Source: Mytilus edulis (lineage: Eukaryota). Taken from it: 64,000 nt of DNA. The stretch spans positions 45,384,001 to 45,448,000 of the forward strand of contig NC_092346.1 in the NCBI RefSeq assembly GCF_963676685.1, written 5' to 3'. The position numbers and the translations under genes are program-made. The notes beneath the pieces were generated by a model, which saw nothing but the letters and a program-made list of their open reading frames with translations, was not told the DNA's origin and ran no database searches. This document shows positions 1 through 13,062 of this stretch, one piece after another. Within the stretch, counting starts at the first letter, position 1; each line of letters starts with the position of its first letter.

Positions 1-1225
1 TTGAGTTTATTTTAACTTTGAGTATGCATCTTCATTTGCTTTGATGAGTTAATTTCGTAAATCAAGATCAACTAAATGTACACATTTTTTTTAACAAACT
101 TTTAATCTCATCTAAACTGATCCATATCATTGTATATACATCAATATTGGTCATTGGTCAAGTTACGCAGTAGCTACAATATGCCGATGCACAATCTAAA
201 GAATTGTACGTTGTTGCATTGGTTTTGTTTGATATTTGTCTTTCATAACGTTTGCAAAAATACACTTTTGTTTTAATTTTTACACAGAGTGATTAGTTTT
301 TAGAATTGTTAGTTGCACTCTGCCTTTTTTTTTAGTTTCGGTATAGATCTTTGCTAAAATGTGATCAAAACTAAGTCTTACTATCCATTATGTGCTGATT
401 GTTATCTTTTTCCCAATATGTTTTTTAAAACATTTTTTTCCTTATAACACCGTTTGTATGGTATCTTGCCGATGTGTTCTCATCGGTAAGGTTTCTCAAT
501 TTGTCTTCATAATGTCATCTGTTCAGACCGTGTTCCAATATTTACAATGTAAATCAATACCATAATTTTGACTTGGCTCGCGATTCCAGGAAATAGAAGG
601 TCTTCCTGTATTTTTCCCCCAGTCACAACAGGAAATATTTAACCTCCAAGGCCACAATTATAAAAACTATGCAAACTTCATCTTATTTTCTATAAACTGA
701 CAAATAAAGGCAAAATGAAAGCGAGTTGTAGTAACGATCCCAAACGTAAATTTAGGGTATGTTTTTAAAATTTTCTATTATATCTAAATAGATATAGGAA
801 GATGTGGTATGATTGCAAATGAGACAACTCTCCATCCAAATAATGTGTTTATCTGTTTGTTTTTTTTATATTATTTTACGGTTTTATAGTCTTCCATATT
901 TATTGAAGGTATTAAACTGTTTTCCTAATTCTTTGTTCTGACAGTTAACTTTTGCATTAAAAACATGATATCAAAGTGGGAAATACTAGTCAACAATTTT
1001 TCATAAGAATCGTCAGTGGCACTCGAATTGAGTCACTGGTAGGCCAACAAAATGAAACCATATTCAAGGAAAACAAAGTTTCTTTTCGTCTTTTTAGACT
1101 AAGAAATATTCCGAAAAAAGTGTGTTTTAAAAAGTTGAGCAGTATTATTTAACTACTGAATTGCTTTCCTATATATATATCAGTTGCAAACACAATTCTA
1201 TTCTGAATGTTCCGTGGTTAACCTT

Positions 1226-1254
1226 GTCAAGACAAGACAAGACAAGACAAGACA
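1226..1254. repeat. (CAAGA)n microsatellite, about 6 units
   Basis: caagacaagacaagacaagacaagacaa read directly. Confidence 0.9.
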
Positions 1255-2450
1255 AATACTTTATTAAAGTCTCACCACTTGTTACATATAAAATATACAG
1301 CTTTTTAAAACACAAATTAACAACAAGAGCCACTCTATAAAGAGTTATGAGAGACTATAAAACAATTTTTTGTCTGTGTTTGGTCATTAATATAAATTGA
1401 TGTAATTAGCGATTATAAAGGATTAATTGAAAGGTTAATGTGAAAATAAATGTATCCTGTATACATGTTAAGAAACTCATCAATGATTAAATCTTGCAAG
1501 TTTTGTGGTAAATGTAACTAAAGATTTTAAGCAGGTTAATCAAACTAACACAATGCAAAAAAATTCTATGGGAGTCTAGTGGCTAAAAATGAATGCAAGA
1601 CTGTTTCATGCGAATTCATTTCTTACAGTATTAGTCATACATGTACTCTCAAGCCATAAAGATCATTAAACAGGTATCTTTGAGGATGGTAGAAGCAACA
1701 ACCAACAACAGAAACAAACCTACAGTCCTAACAATTAGTATTTTATTGAAACATGGACATTTGTTGGGTTTTGAGTAGTTATCTGAACATTAACCCACCC
1801 CCTCTTTATTAATTTTAGCTTTGGACCAAATCAGATCATATCAAAATAGAAACGCGCTATATTATTGTTCTGTATCAGAAAATTACATTTACATATTGTT
1901 ATCTTTGTAAGTATAAATAATTGTAAAAACTTAAATGTGTTATTTGCTCGCAGACGACAGATCGTCGAAGGTTTGTTTTCTTGTCGCATGTAGGAAATTA
2001 CTTTGTTCAGTGATGGCTACATTTACTTTTTCACAGCTCCCCAGGAAATTAGAAAGAATATTTCACTACGATATCATCACTACAATCGATTTTTACTTTC
2101 AAAAAGCAATTTGTGAAACGATTTTAGTTTAGTGTTAAGTGCTGATTTAAATTTTTGTTATAGGGAAATATAACACAACAAACTAGCAATTTTGTAAATA
2201 AATCTTGAAAATCATTTTTAGACTTCGACGGTACAAATTAACGATAGTGTGGGTTATTAACATAATATACATTTTAAACTAAAGATTTTCAATAGAGTTG
2301 TTACACAATGAAAAAGAGGCTGTGGGTGCCATTAAAAAACTGGAGAATAAGAACGCATGGTATAGACTGATTATAAAGGTGTACATTGTAAAAATCAATG
2401 TAGTGTTTTAACTATCTCAATTTAAAATGTGTCTGTTCAATGTGTTTCAA

Positions 2451-2564
2451 TGTCCTCTATATACCATATAAGAATATTTTTTTATTTCTGTCCTCTATAT
2501 ACCATATAAGTATATTGTATATTTCTGTCCTCTATATACCATATATTAGTATATTGTATATTTC
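2451..2564. repeat. Short tandem repeat, 3 x ~37 bp
   Basis: tgtcctctatataccatat...atatt...atttc occurs three times head to tail. Confidence 0.85.
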
Positions 2565-3995
2565 TTTTATTTAGGTGTCATGATACATTTGTCCGCTTTG
2601 TTCATATGCGTTCTAAAAGGGTATAATTAGATATTTGTGAAAAACAACAAAAAGTCAGAACAATTCCTCATCATTCATGGTAATGTTATTACTATATATT
2701 ACTTTTTTTTCCGCTTGCTGTATTCTAAAGACTATGCTTTCTTCACTTTTTTCACGGTATAACGAAAATTGTTGAGCTATTGTGACACACCTTTTTCTTC
2801 GGATCACATAACAGTCTCATCTGAATACAATGACCCATGGGTAACTTCTAAGTAATTTGCTCTCTGGAGAGTTGTCTCATTGACAATAATACCAAATCTG
2901 CCTTTTTTTTGTATTATACAATACAACAAATACTTCAGAAATAAATGCACATTTATACAATCAAAACATCTTGTTTGGTATATATGTCATAAAAGTAATC
3001 AACATGTCATATAACATTTAGCAGTTTTTCTGTTTTAATTGAGTTAAATAGATTTCTGGAACTACTTCACATGATATATCTGGTGCTATCTATATTAATT
3101 CCGTCATAGTTTATTAAAATTGCCATAAATCATGTAGGAGGTCTACCTGTGGACAGGTGCACATTACTAATCATCAATATTTATTAGAGATTTTATCACG
3201 ATTAAGTAAACAATAATAAATACCAATTATGGTCAGTATGGACAATAAGTCGATTCCGCCAAGCCTTATTGGTATTTTTGTACAGACGACAATACAAATT
3301 GCTATCTGCCTTGACACTGTATTATTACACCTTTTCAGTTAGCCAATGCAAACAGTTTTATTCATTTATATTGCTTAAATTTTCATTTTTTTTAATGACA
3401 CTATATAATCACTTCTTTTCTAAGCCATTTGAAAAAGTTCTATTTATTTAAATTGCTAAAATTTTCAATTTTTCTAAAACATTTGTTGTCCTCCCACGTT
3501 ATGGCTATTCTGTTTACACGATTCTGCCATTATCAAATGATTCTTCTGTGACATGGGGTTACAATTATCTTATCTGTAAACGCTTGCCATTTCCTAATGA
3601 TGACTTGTTTTAATCTTATTTAAAGAGAAAAAAAGACTATTTTATAGCCTACATACAAATACAAAACTAATAAACAAATTCAGAGGAAATCATTTTTTAC
3701 AGATAATTTCAAATTATGATTATCGTAATCGGATCAGTGGGTGTTTGTTGTCTATCGTGCTTACGTATTGTTTTCTTAAATTGGCTTCAAGTTCGTTCGT
3801 AATGTGATTGTGTTGAAAATGTATGATAAGCTATTTTAAATGTGTTTAATGTCCAAATGTAACATATGTTTTTTTTTTAATCTTGAAAAACCCCACCTAA
3901 ATATATTAAATAATCTAACACGCGGTATAAAGATATTGACAAATATACTACCAACAAATGTTATTAATATTAACATGTATATAGAGCATGGCATA

Positions 3996-4473
3996 AAAAG
4001 GCGAAAGATACCAAAGGTACTTTCAAACTCATATATCGAAAACAACCTGACAAAGCCATGACAGAAAACTATCAACAGACAACAACCTGACAAAGCCATG
4101 ACAGAAAACTATCAAGAGGCAACAACCTGACAAAGCCATGACAGAAAACTAAAACAACCTGACAAAGCCATGACAGAAAACTATCAACAGACAACAACCT
4201 GACAAAGCCATGACAGAAAACTATCAAGAGACAACAACCTGACAAAGTCATGACAGAAAACTATCAAGAGACAACAACCTGACAAAGCCATGACAGAAAA
4301 CTAAAACAACCTGACAAAGCCATGACAGAAAACTTAAACAACCTGACAAAGCCATGACAGAAAACTAAAACAACCTGACAAAGCCATGACAGAAAACTAT
4401 CAAGAAACAACAACAGTAAACAAAACACAACATAAAAAACTAAAATCAGTTCAACACGAATCTCACCAAAAAC
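3996..4473 (-). mobile_element. Diverged 3' tail of Naiad family B containing an expanded minisatellite
   Basis: Flanks (cgaaagataccaaagg...caaactcata and acacaacataaaaaactaaa...caacacgaatctcaccaaaaa) match the reverse complement of the family B tail at about 17370-17526. Confidence 0.8.
4042..4408. repeat. Minisatellite, 10 units of 32 or 40 bp
   Basis: Core acaacctgacaaagccatgacagaaaact starts at 4042, 4082, 4122, 4154, 4194, 4234, 4274, 4306, 4338 and 4370. Confidence 0.95.
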
Positions 4474-6343
4474 AGTCATATTTATTTTATTTATATGAAA
4501 TAAAGATAAAAAAAAAAAAAAAAACATAGGAAAATTCCGAAGTACAATTTAAAGAAATAAGTCTACGAAAGACATACAGATGATAATACTAACAAAAAGA
4601 AAGAAAAAAACAATGAAATAACACTATATAAATTTTTTATGTCTGAAATCATGTCTTCTTGTTGTTTCTGTTGTTTGTTGTTCTTGTGGATTAGTTGATA
4701 TAACATTTAAGGATACTATAATTTGAAATAATAAGCTATGTTATAGGATTTTGACGAAACTAAAACCATATAAGATTAAGAAAGAAAGTACACTTTTTTA
4801 AAGATTTGATTTTATTCGGCCAACAGAACTTGATGGACATTTTCAAATATACTCCGTCAGTATCTTAAAACTACTGATCCAAATAAAAGATGATAAGTTA
4901 AATTCTACGCGTATTATCGAAGAAATATTAAGAGGATAAAAAACCCAAGCATATCTTTGAAATTGATATGTTTTAATTAGATTGCAAGATATTGAAGTAA
5001 GAGCACACACATAGATGACGTAAACATACTGTGTGATATATCAGTGCAACCTTATATATCAAAGGAACTTTTTTTTTAATTGGAAAATTTAACATCGGTA
5101 TAAATATTGACATTCATTTGAATAACGTATTAACTGAAAAACTATTAAAAAAATATCAAATCACAAAAATGATTTATTTTATTTGCTTTCCGGTATAGCA
5201 AAGGATATATTAATACTGGACAATATGAGCATGTACTTTGTTTTACGAATAGGGTCATACAAGCACGGTATGGGTTCTTATTTTCCAGAGTAAACCATAT
5301 TTTGGTATATGTAGATGTGGCTACATGGAAGGATTATATATATTTATGTGTAATGACTTATATTTTTTTTTTACTTCATCCTGCTATTAGTGTGACAGAT
5401 CTCATGAACATTTCTTGCAAGAAAAGATATAAACAAATATTCATGAATTTTAAATTCAAATTGTATGTACAATCTTGAAAAAAAAGCAGAAAAAAAACGA
5501 TATGAAGAACATTGAGTTAATCATGATATAAACTAAATTCTGTAAATATCAAATGGTATTTTATGTTTACTTTTTAGCTATGTATGCGTAGACAAAAAAA
5601 AAACACCAAATAATGTAATGGTAAAATGGGTTCGGCTTTTAAGTACACGGGGGAATAAAAAAAACAATTAGACTATTGACTTCCAAAGAGAATAGAATGT
5701 CGGCAATCTAGATTTGGAATCGAAATGCTAATTTTTTTGGAAAGATTTAATTTATGCGTTTTATTGCGGATAACCTTAAGTTTATATTTAAACTGTATGC
5801 ATTGACCCGAACCTTGAAACTTATCTATGTGTTCGAAATTCACATATTGCTTCGAAAAGCATTTTAAGTACACCAACTAATCTTTTCGAGTCGTAAAGAG
5901 TTTTTAGCGCAAACAATCTTACTTTTGTAATATCTTACATAAAGAAATAGGGTCTGAAATATTTTATAGAATTACCAACTTATTACGAAATAATCGTTTT
6001 CAGTGACGGACGAGTCATCGGGAAAACGAAACCGCCCCTAATGAACATTATGAAGTATATGTGTATCTCTCTTTATAAAATGATATTTAAAAGGGAATTG
6101 GAATGAACAAAATTAATATCGAATTAAGGTAAACAACATAACAGGCAAAATCTGAGGATAAGGGATAATAAATCGTACATTGAATTTCAGATGAATTCCT
6201 AAGAATTTTCATGGAAAATATTACAGTTGTGGAACTTTGGAAGACGATAGATATTATGGATTTTACACATTGTTACAATAATCAATTCAAACATATGTTT
6301 GTATTATGATTAAACACAATCTGATTTACAACATAGAACATAC

Positions 6344-6517
6344 CGGCGATACAAAATTGAATCCTGTTCTTTTGGCCACTGCTTTAGCGGCATCGATGCC
6401 ACCTTCACCGTCTAACTCCACTAGCCAGTTGTTTGTAAGTACTTCAGTTCCACATGCTAGATATATGTTGATAACAATTGATACAATAATTGAAGTCCAT
6501 TTTCCAAGATTTACCAT
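6344..6517 (-). CDS. PCSK2: Prohormone (neuroendocrine) convertase 2, first coding exon: signal peptide and start of the S8 pro-domain
   Basis: MVNLGKWTSIIVSIVINIYLACG is a hydrophobic signal peptide. It is followed by TEVLTNNWLVELDGEGGIDAAKAVAKRTGFNFVSP, matching the convertase pro-domain pattern TNxxxVEL..GG..A..VA...GF, where LVEL is PC2-like. ATG context is GAAATGG and a phase-0 donor CCG|GTATGT starts at 6343. I found no downstream exon in 1-6343. Confidence 0.82.
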
Positions 6518-6716
6518 TTCAAGTTGTCCCTAAACCGTTATAAATATTTTTTGTTTTCTTTATTAAATTCCAAACACTTATTTGTTTCTGTTTTATTTGT
6601 GTATTTTCAAAGATCAAATAAAAGAATTGAAAATTTAGTCCGTTTTAACATATGATAAACACGATTCCTTGTTTAGATAACCATTTGTGGAATAAATAGA
6701 GAATATGGAGGATTCG

Positions 6717-6740
6717 ATCACGTGATTTCTATCTACGTCA
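6717..6740 (-). promoter_or_regulatory. Candidate PC2 proximal promoter motifs: palindromic E-box and CRE-like site
   Basis: ATCACGTGAT (6717-6726) and TGACGTAG (6740-6733) lie about 200 bp upstream of the ATG. Function is inferred only. Confidence 0.4.
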
Positions 6741-8314
6741 CAGAAGCATTTTCAGGTTGTGTGCTCATCTCATCAGTTTCTGATAAATCGATGAAAATAT
6801 GGCGGAGCGAGAAGCCATGATAATACCGCTCCACATGATATGTTTCCATGGAGGAATCAGAAGATATTGATTACATGACAATTGTCTCTCTATTGATTGC
6901 TTTCATACTTTCTTGTCAAATTACGATTCATTTGCGGATATGACCAAATAGGTCAATGAGAGTCGAACTATCTATTAACGAATAAATAATTAAACGCAAA
7001 TTTTCCAAAGTCAGACTATAAACGTCATCATACAATGTTTTCTATTGAACAACAAATATTTTAGCATGTTATTAAGCTTTCTGCTGTATTACGGTACAGT
7101 ATTGTTCGTTTTCAATTATTCATATCGTTTATTCATTAGCAATAAAATGAATATAACATGGAATTATTTAATTATTTGAGTTAATGATCATAGTTATCCT
7201 GAAAAATTGCATACATTGATGAGGCTATTTTACTTAATGTACATGTATATACATTTATATATTTTTCTGCAATGACTAGAAATCGCTGAATTTTCAACGT
7301 CACAAGTAAAATAAAAGGATTCTACAGAGTAAAAGTGACTGTTATATGATTATGTACTGCCAAGTTCCTTAAAATCTAGAGTCTAGTTTTGTAGAATCAA
7401 AAATGACGATTTTGTCAGTATAGTATAATAAGAATGTTATTCAGATTTCAACAAATACTAACTGTATTAAATGTTGTTAGTAAACGCTATATATATCATC
7501 ACATAAACAAATGATAACAAATTATTTTTTAAAAGACCTTCCTAGGAATTCTTTAAAAAAAGTAAAGAAAAATAATACAATGTTTTAGAATGGCACTTTG
7601 ATTTGTCGTTGAGAGTATATAGTTTGATAAGGACTTGTCAAGCCTCTGCACAAAAGCGACAAAATTCTGCATTAAATTGTCAATACTCTGCATCAAACTG
7701 CCAAACCTGCATCAAGGCCGTCAAGTCGCTGCATCAAAGCTGCTACGACTCCACATCGAAGCGTCAAGACTGCATTAAAAGTCGTGAAGTCTCTGCATCA
7801 AATTAAGCCACCAAGACTCTGCATCAAAACATGGATATACGGAGAAAGACTCGTTGACATTTTGATATAAATATCTTTTTATGTTATAAGTGGGGGTAAA
7901 GTCGTTTATGTGATGAATATGAATAAAGGAAACAAAGCCGTAAACATTTTGTGAAACACATAATCGGTTATCGAGCCAACAAATGTCAAATTAGTAGCAA
8001 AATATCGAATAAGAGAATTTAATCTCCAATAATCTTGTGTTCAACACATTCTGAATTTCGATATTTTCACAGATCTGTATCACACATATCAATTGCTATC
8101 ATGCCGACCACACCTGTCAATATTTAATAGATATTATACGCCTTTATTTCTATAATTATATGACATATCATATCCATCATGTCCATTGTGGTTTACTGAC
8201 GAAAGTAAAGAAATCACATTGATTGAAGATCATTCGTCTTTAGTCTCGGCGTACGACATTTTAGCGCATTGATAGGACATTTGAGCTTTAGAAAAAAATT
8301 GACGTTTTAGCCAG

Positions 8315-8401
8315 AGGCACTCGTCTCAGAATTTTCTCCCCTATATACCTTTATATAACACATTAAGGTATATAGGGGGGAAAAATCTGAGACAAGTGCC
8401 T
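8315..8401. repeat. Inverted repeat/hairpin with ~36 bp arms
   Basis: aggcactcgtctcaga...cccctatatacctt / aaggtatatagggggg...tctgagacaagtgcct. Confidence 0.85.
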
Positions 8402-9526
8402 GTGATTTTAGCGTCTGATTTTTAACCCGTTTTAGCAAAAATTAAATCGTCAATGCCTATTTTAGCGAAATATGTTTAACCTATTATAATATATAATAGA
8501 TAAAAAAAAATATACCTAAGACAGCACAATATAAAATATAAGGTGTCCAATAAAATACAGCACTAAATGTCTAAAAAATGAAATCAAATGTTAAAAGTCC
8601 GTTCTAGTTTGAAATTTATATCCTAGAGAACGTACATAATGGGCTCTAGATATACCCACGCGGTGTTTATACCCCTCTTAATAGCCTGAAAAAACTTCTG
8701 TTTTTATTAATCCCCTCTCATTAAAAACTCTGTTTGTTCCTCTATTGAATATCACGAAGACCCAAATCCAAATAAAACAGTAATAGAAAAATAAACAATA
8801 TAAATCTCAAAGTAAACATCTAAAGGTCAGTATGAAACAGCATCTTCTAGGTACGACAAATAAAACAACAGTTGCTAAGAATCTAAGATATGTTAGACGA
8901 GCTTTATTGAGTAACAAGAATGAACACCTGTCATTTTTGTTAAAGCAAGAAAGGCAACACTTGACGAAAAGTGCAGGCAGCCCTTAAACAGTGTAGTGGT
9001 ACCATTTATAATATATACTTGTTGTTTTTTTTTTGGTACATTTCGTTTCATGCCATGTCGTTGTCAGTCAGTTGGTATCGTTCGGCTCTCTTTTTAGAGG
9101 TAATATTGAACACACATTTCAGTAAACGCTGTATGTAAATTCAGATAATTTGTAAATAGATGACGACAAACATTAACAAGGATGCCAAAAGCACGAATAA
9201 AATAAGTTCTTTATACAATAATGTGATCATGTATGATTGCTTATAAGATAACCATCATCAGAGACTAAATGGCGTACATGGTATCAACTGTAGGTCATCG
9301 AATATAGCCTTCAAAAACCAGTAAAACCTATACCGCATCGTAAGCTATTAAATGACCCTGACATTACAAAATGTAAAACAATTCCATGGAGAAAACTCTC
9401 GACCGATTTACGTACAAAACAACAAACGAAAAACAAATATGATATGCAGCAACAAACGAAAACCACAATCTTATTGAACTTGATAATTCTGATTTACAAT
9501 TGGTAATAACTAAGAAACAATCATAA

Positions 9527-9805
9527 GGGAGCAATCATTTAACTTTAAAAAAAAAAAGAGGGTATGTTTTTTTGTCTGAGTATTTTTTTTGCGCGAACTT
9601 ATTTTGTTTTCAGTCTCTTAACGCTATCAATCAACTTATTTATTTCAACATTTATCACTCTAAGTTATGGGGGAAATCTGGAATCAGAATAAATGTTTTT
9701 GTCATCTCCATGGCCAGATTTTTTTTTTTTTATCAAATTGGGTATCAGAATATTTTTTAGAAAAAAAAACCATATCCCCTCTCTTGAAGTTAAATGGTTG
9801 TTCCT
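9527..9805. mobile_element. MITE, possibly PIF/Harbinger-type
   Basis: Imperfect TIRs gggagcaatcatttaactt / aagttaaatggttgttcct, with TAA on both sides. Confidence 0.7.
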
Positions 9806-10507
9806 TAAGTATATAAAAGACACGACTAATCAAATAAATCCGGCATAAACTATGCAGACGATATAAAATACAACGACACAAACAATCAAAGTTAAAATGT
9901 TTATGTCCGATAAAGTAACAACTGATATCTATCACCGTTTAATAGCAAAACATTTAAAACTTTGTGATGTCCCTAACCCAACCCATCAAACACAAAAATA
10001 TCTCAGCTGTACCCAGACCACAACAAAACAACACCAAAATACGACACCAAAAAGCACACATTAGAAAAAAATGCATGCAAGCAGAACGCATCGACAAAAC
10101 TTGAAAAATTATTCCATTTATTGATGAAGTATGGTCCAGAAGAAATATTTAATTCATCTCAATTAATTATTTTTTAACTGGTGTTGGTTTTTCTCTTTTT
10201 TAAATAAAAAATCTTTCAGTGAATCGAAAAAGGTTTAAAAAAAAACATCATCACGTTAATTTGTAAAATGAGGTCAATTGATAATAGCAGTTTACAATAA
10301 ACATGACAAAATCAACATAAATCGAGATGATATTATCCAGCCGCAAATCAATTTATTTCTTGGAAACAAATCAAAATAATTGTTATAAAAAAATCCAGTG
10401 ACAGTTTAAATAATGATAAACCGATATGATATAATGAGATAAAAGTTACTAAGATCTTGGAAGTTCACGACTTCTTGATCTGAATATGGTCAGATCAACC
10501 GTTTTAA

Positions 10508-10738
10508 GATTGATTGATTCATTTATTGTTTTTTTACGCAACTTTCAGCGCCATAGGCTATTTCGTGGTGGTTTATTTAAATGGCAGAGGAAGTCAGAGT
10601 GCCTGGAGAGAACCACCGACCGTCAGTATGGAACGAATACAGATAGGAGTCGAGCGCATCTGCCACGGGCTGGATTCAGTTTTGACAGGCTTGCGATACT
10701 GTTGCCATCTAGACCACTCGGCGACCGAGCCGAGCCCC
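10508..10738 (-). mobile_element. tRNA-derived SINE with V-domain-like core (degenerate)
   Basis: Minus strand has an A-box-like tcgccgagtggtctaga, a core ggtcggtggttctctccaggcactctgacttcctc and an (aatc)n tail. Related to the copy at 44691. Confidence 0.7.
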
Positions 10739-11691
10739 TTGTAAGATTAAACCATTTTAAGTAAAAATCAAAATCTTGCCATAGCTTCTAACAACATAAC
10801 ATGAAAGTATTTGTTTTATATACGTTCTTCATTCCATGCTTCACGATATGATTTGAAATGGACTGCATACTTCATTATGCTGGAGCAATTCCCTATTGAC
10901 TACAGCTGTGTTAAAAACAAAATAACAAATTACATGTCATCACATATTGTTCTGATTGTGACCTTTGGAATCGACATGCGGTTCTTTTGATCTGACTAAA
11001 GACAAAACCAAACAAACTGAAACGACGTATTCATATTCTATATCAGAAGTAAATGTTCAGAATTATATATTTAAAACTTATAAATAGTATGATGAATTAC
11101 GTAATGAATTACATAATGTATTTAAGACTCTCAAATTTCACATATAAATATGATCTTTAAACACTTCTTAGAAATCAACAATATGTATTTCCCATTTTAC
11201 CTGTTTAATGAATCGAAACCAAGGATAGTGCTTGCTTGATTTGTTAATTCGTTTCCTTTTGTTGGTAAACTACTTTGATTGATTGCTGAATTGCGTTATG
11301 ACTAAAGGAAGCTGTCAACTAATTTTCAATGAGCACATTGCGTGACCAGAGACGACAAAGGTTGTTTGCTGAGGCTAAAATAGAAATCGTGCACTCAACA
11401 ATCGTATGCCATTTTGTTTGTTTCCAAATAATGCCAAAGAGACAAAGGCAAAAAGTGAAACAACATATTTTATTCAGATATTGTGTGACAACATTGTTAA
11501 TTGCAGTAGGCGTTATTCCTTTTAAATAACAAGAGCGTGTTATATCGACAGGAAGGAAAGTCATAAGCGACAACAAGATATGTTCGAACGAACAAAACAT
11601 ATTTAGTTATCTAATTGCTGCGTCACAAAAAGACAGATGTGTTCACAATTTTTCTGTAAACAATATTTCTGTAGAATTTTGTATTAAACAA

Positions 11692-12076
11692 ACTCATCAC
11701 AGATACCAGGAAGAAATTTTGTATTTACGCCAGATGCGCGTTTCGTCTACTAAAGACTCATCAGTGACGCTCGAATCCAAAAAAGTTAAATAGGCCAAAT
11801 AATGTACGAAGTTGAAGAGCATTGAGGACAACAATTCCTAAAAGTTTTGCCAAATACAGCTAAGGTAATCTATTCCTGAGGCAGAACAGCCTTAGTATTT
11901 CAAAAATTGAAAAGTTTTGTAAATAGTAAATTTATAAATATGACCATGTGAATGATAAATGACTACTGGGCTGGTGAAACCCTCGGGGAATTAAAACTCC
12001 ACCAGCAGTGGCATCGAACCAGTGGTTGTAAATTAACTCATCACAGATACTAGGATTACATTTTGTATTTACGCCA
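11692..12076 (-). mobile_element. Non-LTR retrozyme copy: one 344-bp monomer plus about 40 bp
   Basis: actcatcacagatac...tttgtatttacgcca is repeated at 11692 and 12036 (period 344). The unit contains a minimal hammerhead. Confidence 0.85.
11727..11770 (-). ncRNA. Minimal type I hammerhead ribozyme with a stem III mismatch
   Basis: GCGUCA-CUGAUGA-GUCU uuagu AGAC-GAAA-CGCGC-AUC-UGGCGU. Core and stems I/II are intact. The triplet is AUC, against GUC in the 24373 copy. Confidence 0.85.
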
Positions 12077-12187
12077 TAAGATTGATATCGTTTTTATAAG
12101 ATTTTTGATCATCCATTTTCAATATAAGATCAAGTATGTTTCAAGTTGTCATTATCAAGGACCTTGAAAAATAAAAGAACGTGGATT

Positions 12188-12500
12188 AGTTTAGCCCCGC
12201 CACATTATGTATGAATTTGCTTGTCCCAAGTCAGCAGCCAGTAATTCAGTGGTTGTCGTTTGTTTATGTGTTACATATTTGTCTTTCGTTCATTTTTTTT
12301 TATATAATTAGGCCGTTAGTTTTCTCGTTTGAATTGTTTTTTCATTGTCATTTCGGGGCCTTTTTTAGCTGATTATGCGGTATGGGCTTTGCTCATTGTT
12401 TAAGGCCGTACGGTGACCTATAGTTGTTTATTTCTTTCTCGTTTTGGTCTCTTGTGGAGAGTTGTATCATTGGAAATCATACCACATCTTCTTTGTTATA
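12188..12500 (+). mobile_element. Retroelement 3' tail, family D (ends ...ataccacatcttcttt)
   Basis: The same sequence occurs at 31780-31930 and 42143-42333, with fragments at 796-840 and 40930-41010. It begins with the 3' half of the twister-like motif (ccccgccacatt...tgtcccaagtcag). Confidence 0.75.
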
Positions 12501-13062
12501 TTAGAAAAAATTTTCAATTCGTCTTTTTTTACTACTATAAATATATAAGAGTCACGTCATAGCCTTCTCTCAATAACGCGTTATGCTTACCTTTCCAAAC
12601 CACCTCAGATTATCCCCGTTTTTTGTTGTTGCTGACACCCATAATGAAAAATAACCGTTGTAAGACACGTCGCTTATTCACGGGTAATATGTCTACCCCA
12701 AACGTTACACATCCATTTTCAAAAATCTATTACGAAAGAAAAAAAGTAACGTATTTAGAGCCCTAATTGACTTCATTGCTAAATAATAATAAAACACCGT
12801 GATTTTTCAAATATAATGAGAGAAAATCTTTTAAAAAAAAGCAAATTTAATCGTAATAGTAAACTTCGAAGTAAAAATAATAATTAAAACAAACGTCTCG
12901 TAGTTACTACACGAACTCCAGTAAAAGACAATCAATATTAACAATCGTATCCATCATCTGCAACTTGTTGTGAGTATATCGTACATAAACTACCAAAGAA
13001 TGATAATGTTGCCCAAATACTTAATGTACAGACAACAATACGATAAGAATATAAATAACAGA

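Noticed and set aside
4042-4408. CRISPR-like array
   Set aside because: Eukaryotic context, no unique spacers (only 3 or 11 bp near-identical linkers) and no cas genes.
1-6343. PC2 exon 2
   Set aside because: No open minus-strand segment with the expected pro-domain RxKR motif was found by eye. It probably lies left of the window, though a short exon could have been missed.
6306-6533. Plus-strand 75-aa ORF, and the VCSML tail of the minus-strand ORF
   Set aside because: The first is the antisense shadow of the PC2 exon. The tail is read-through into the intron past the GT donor at 6343.
7630-7830. 67-aa Cys/Ser-rich ORF
   Set aside because: It is the product of a degenerate ~22-bp ctctgcatcaaa minisatellite.
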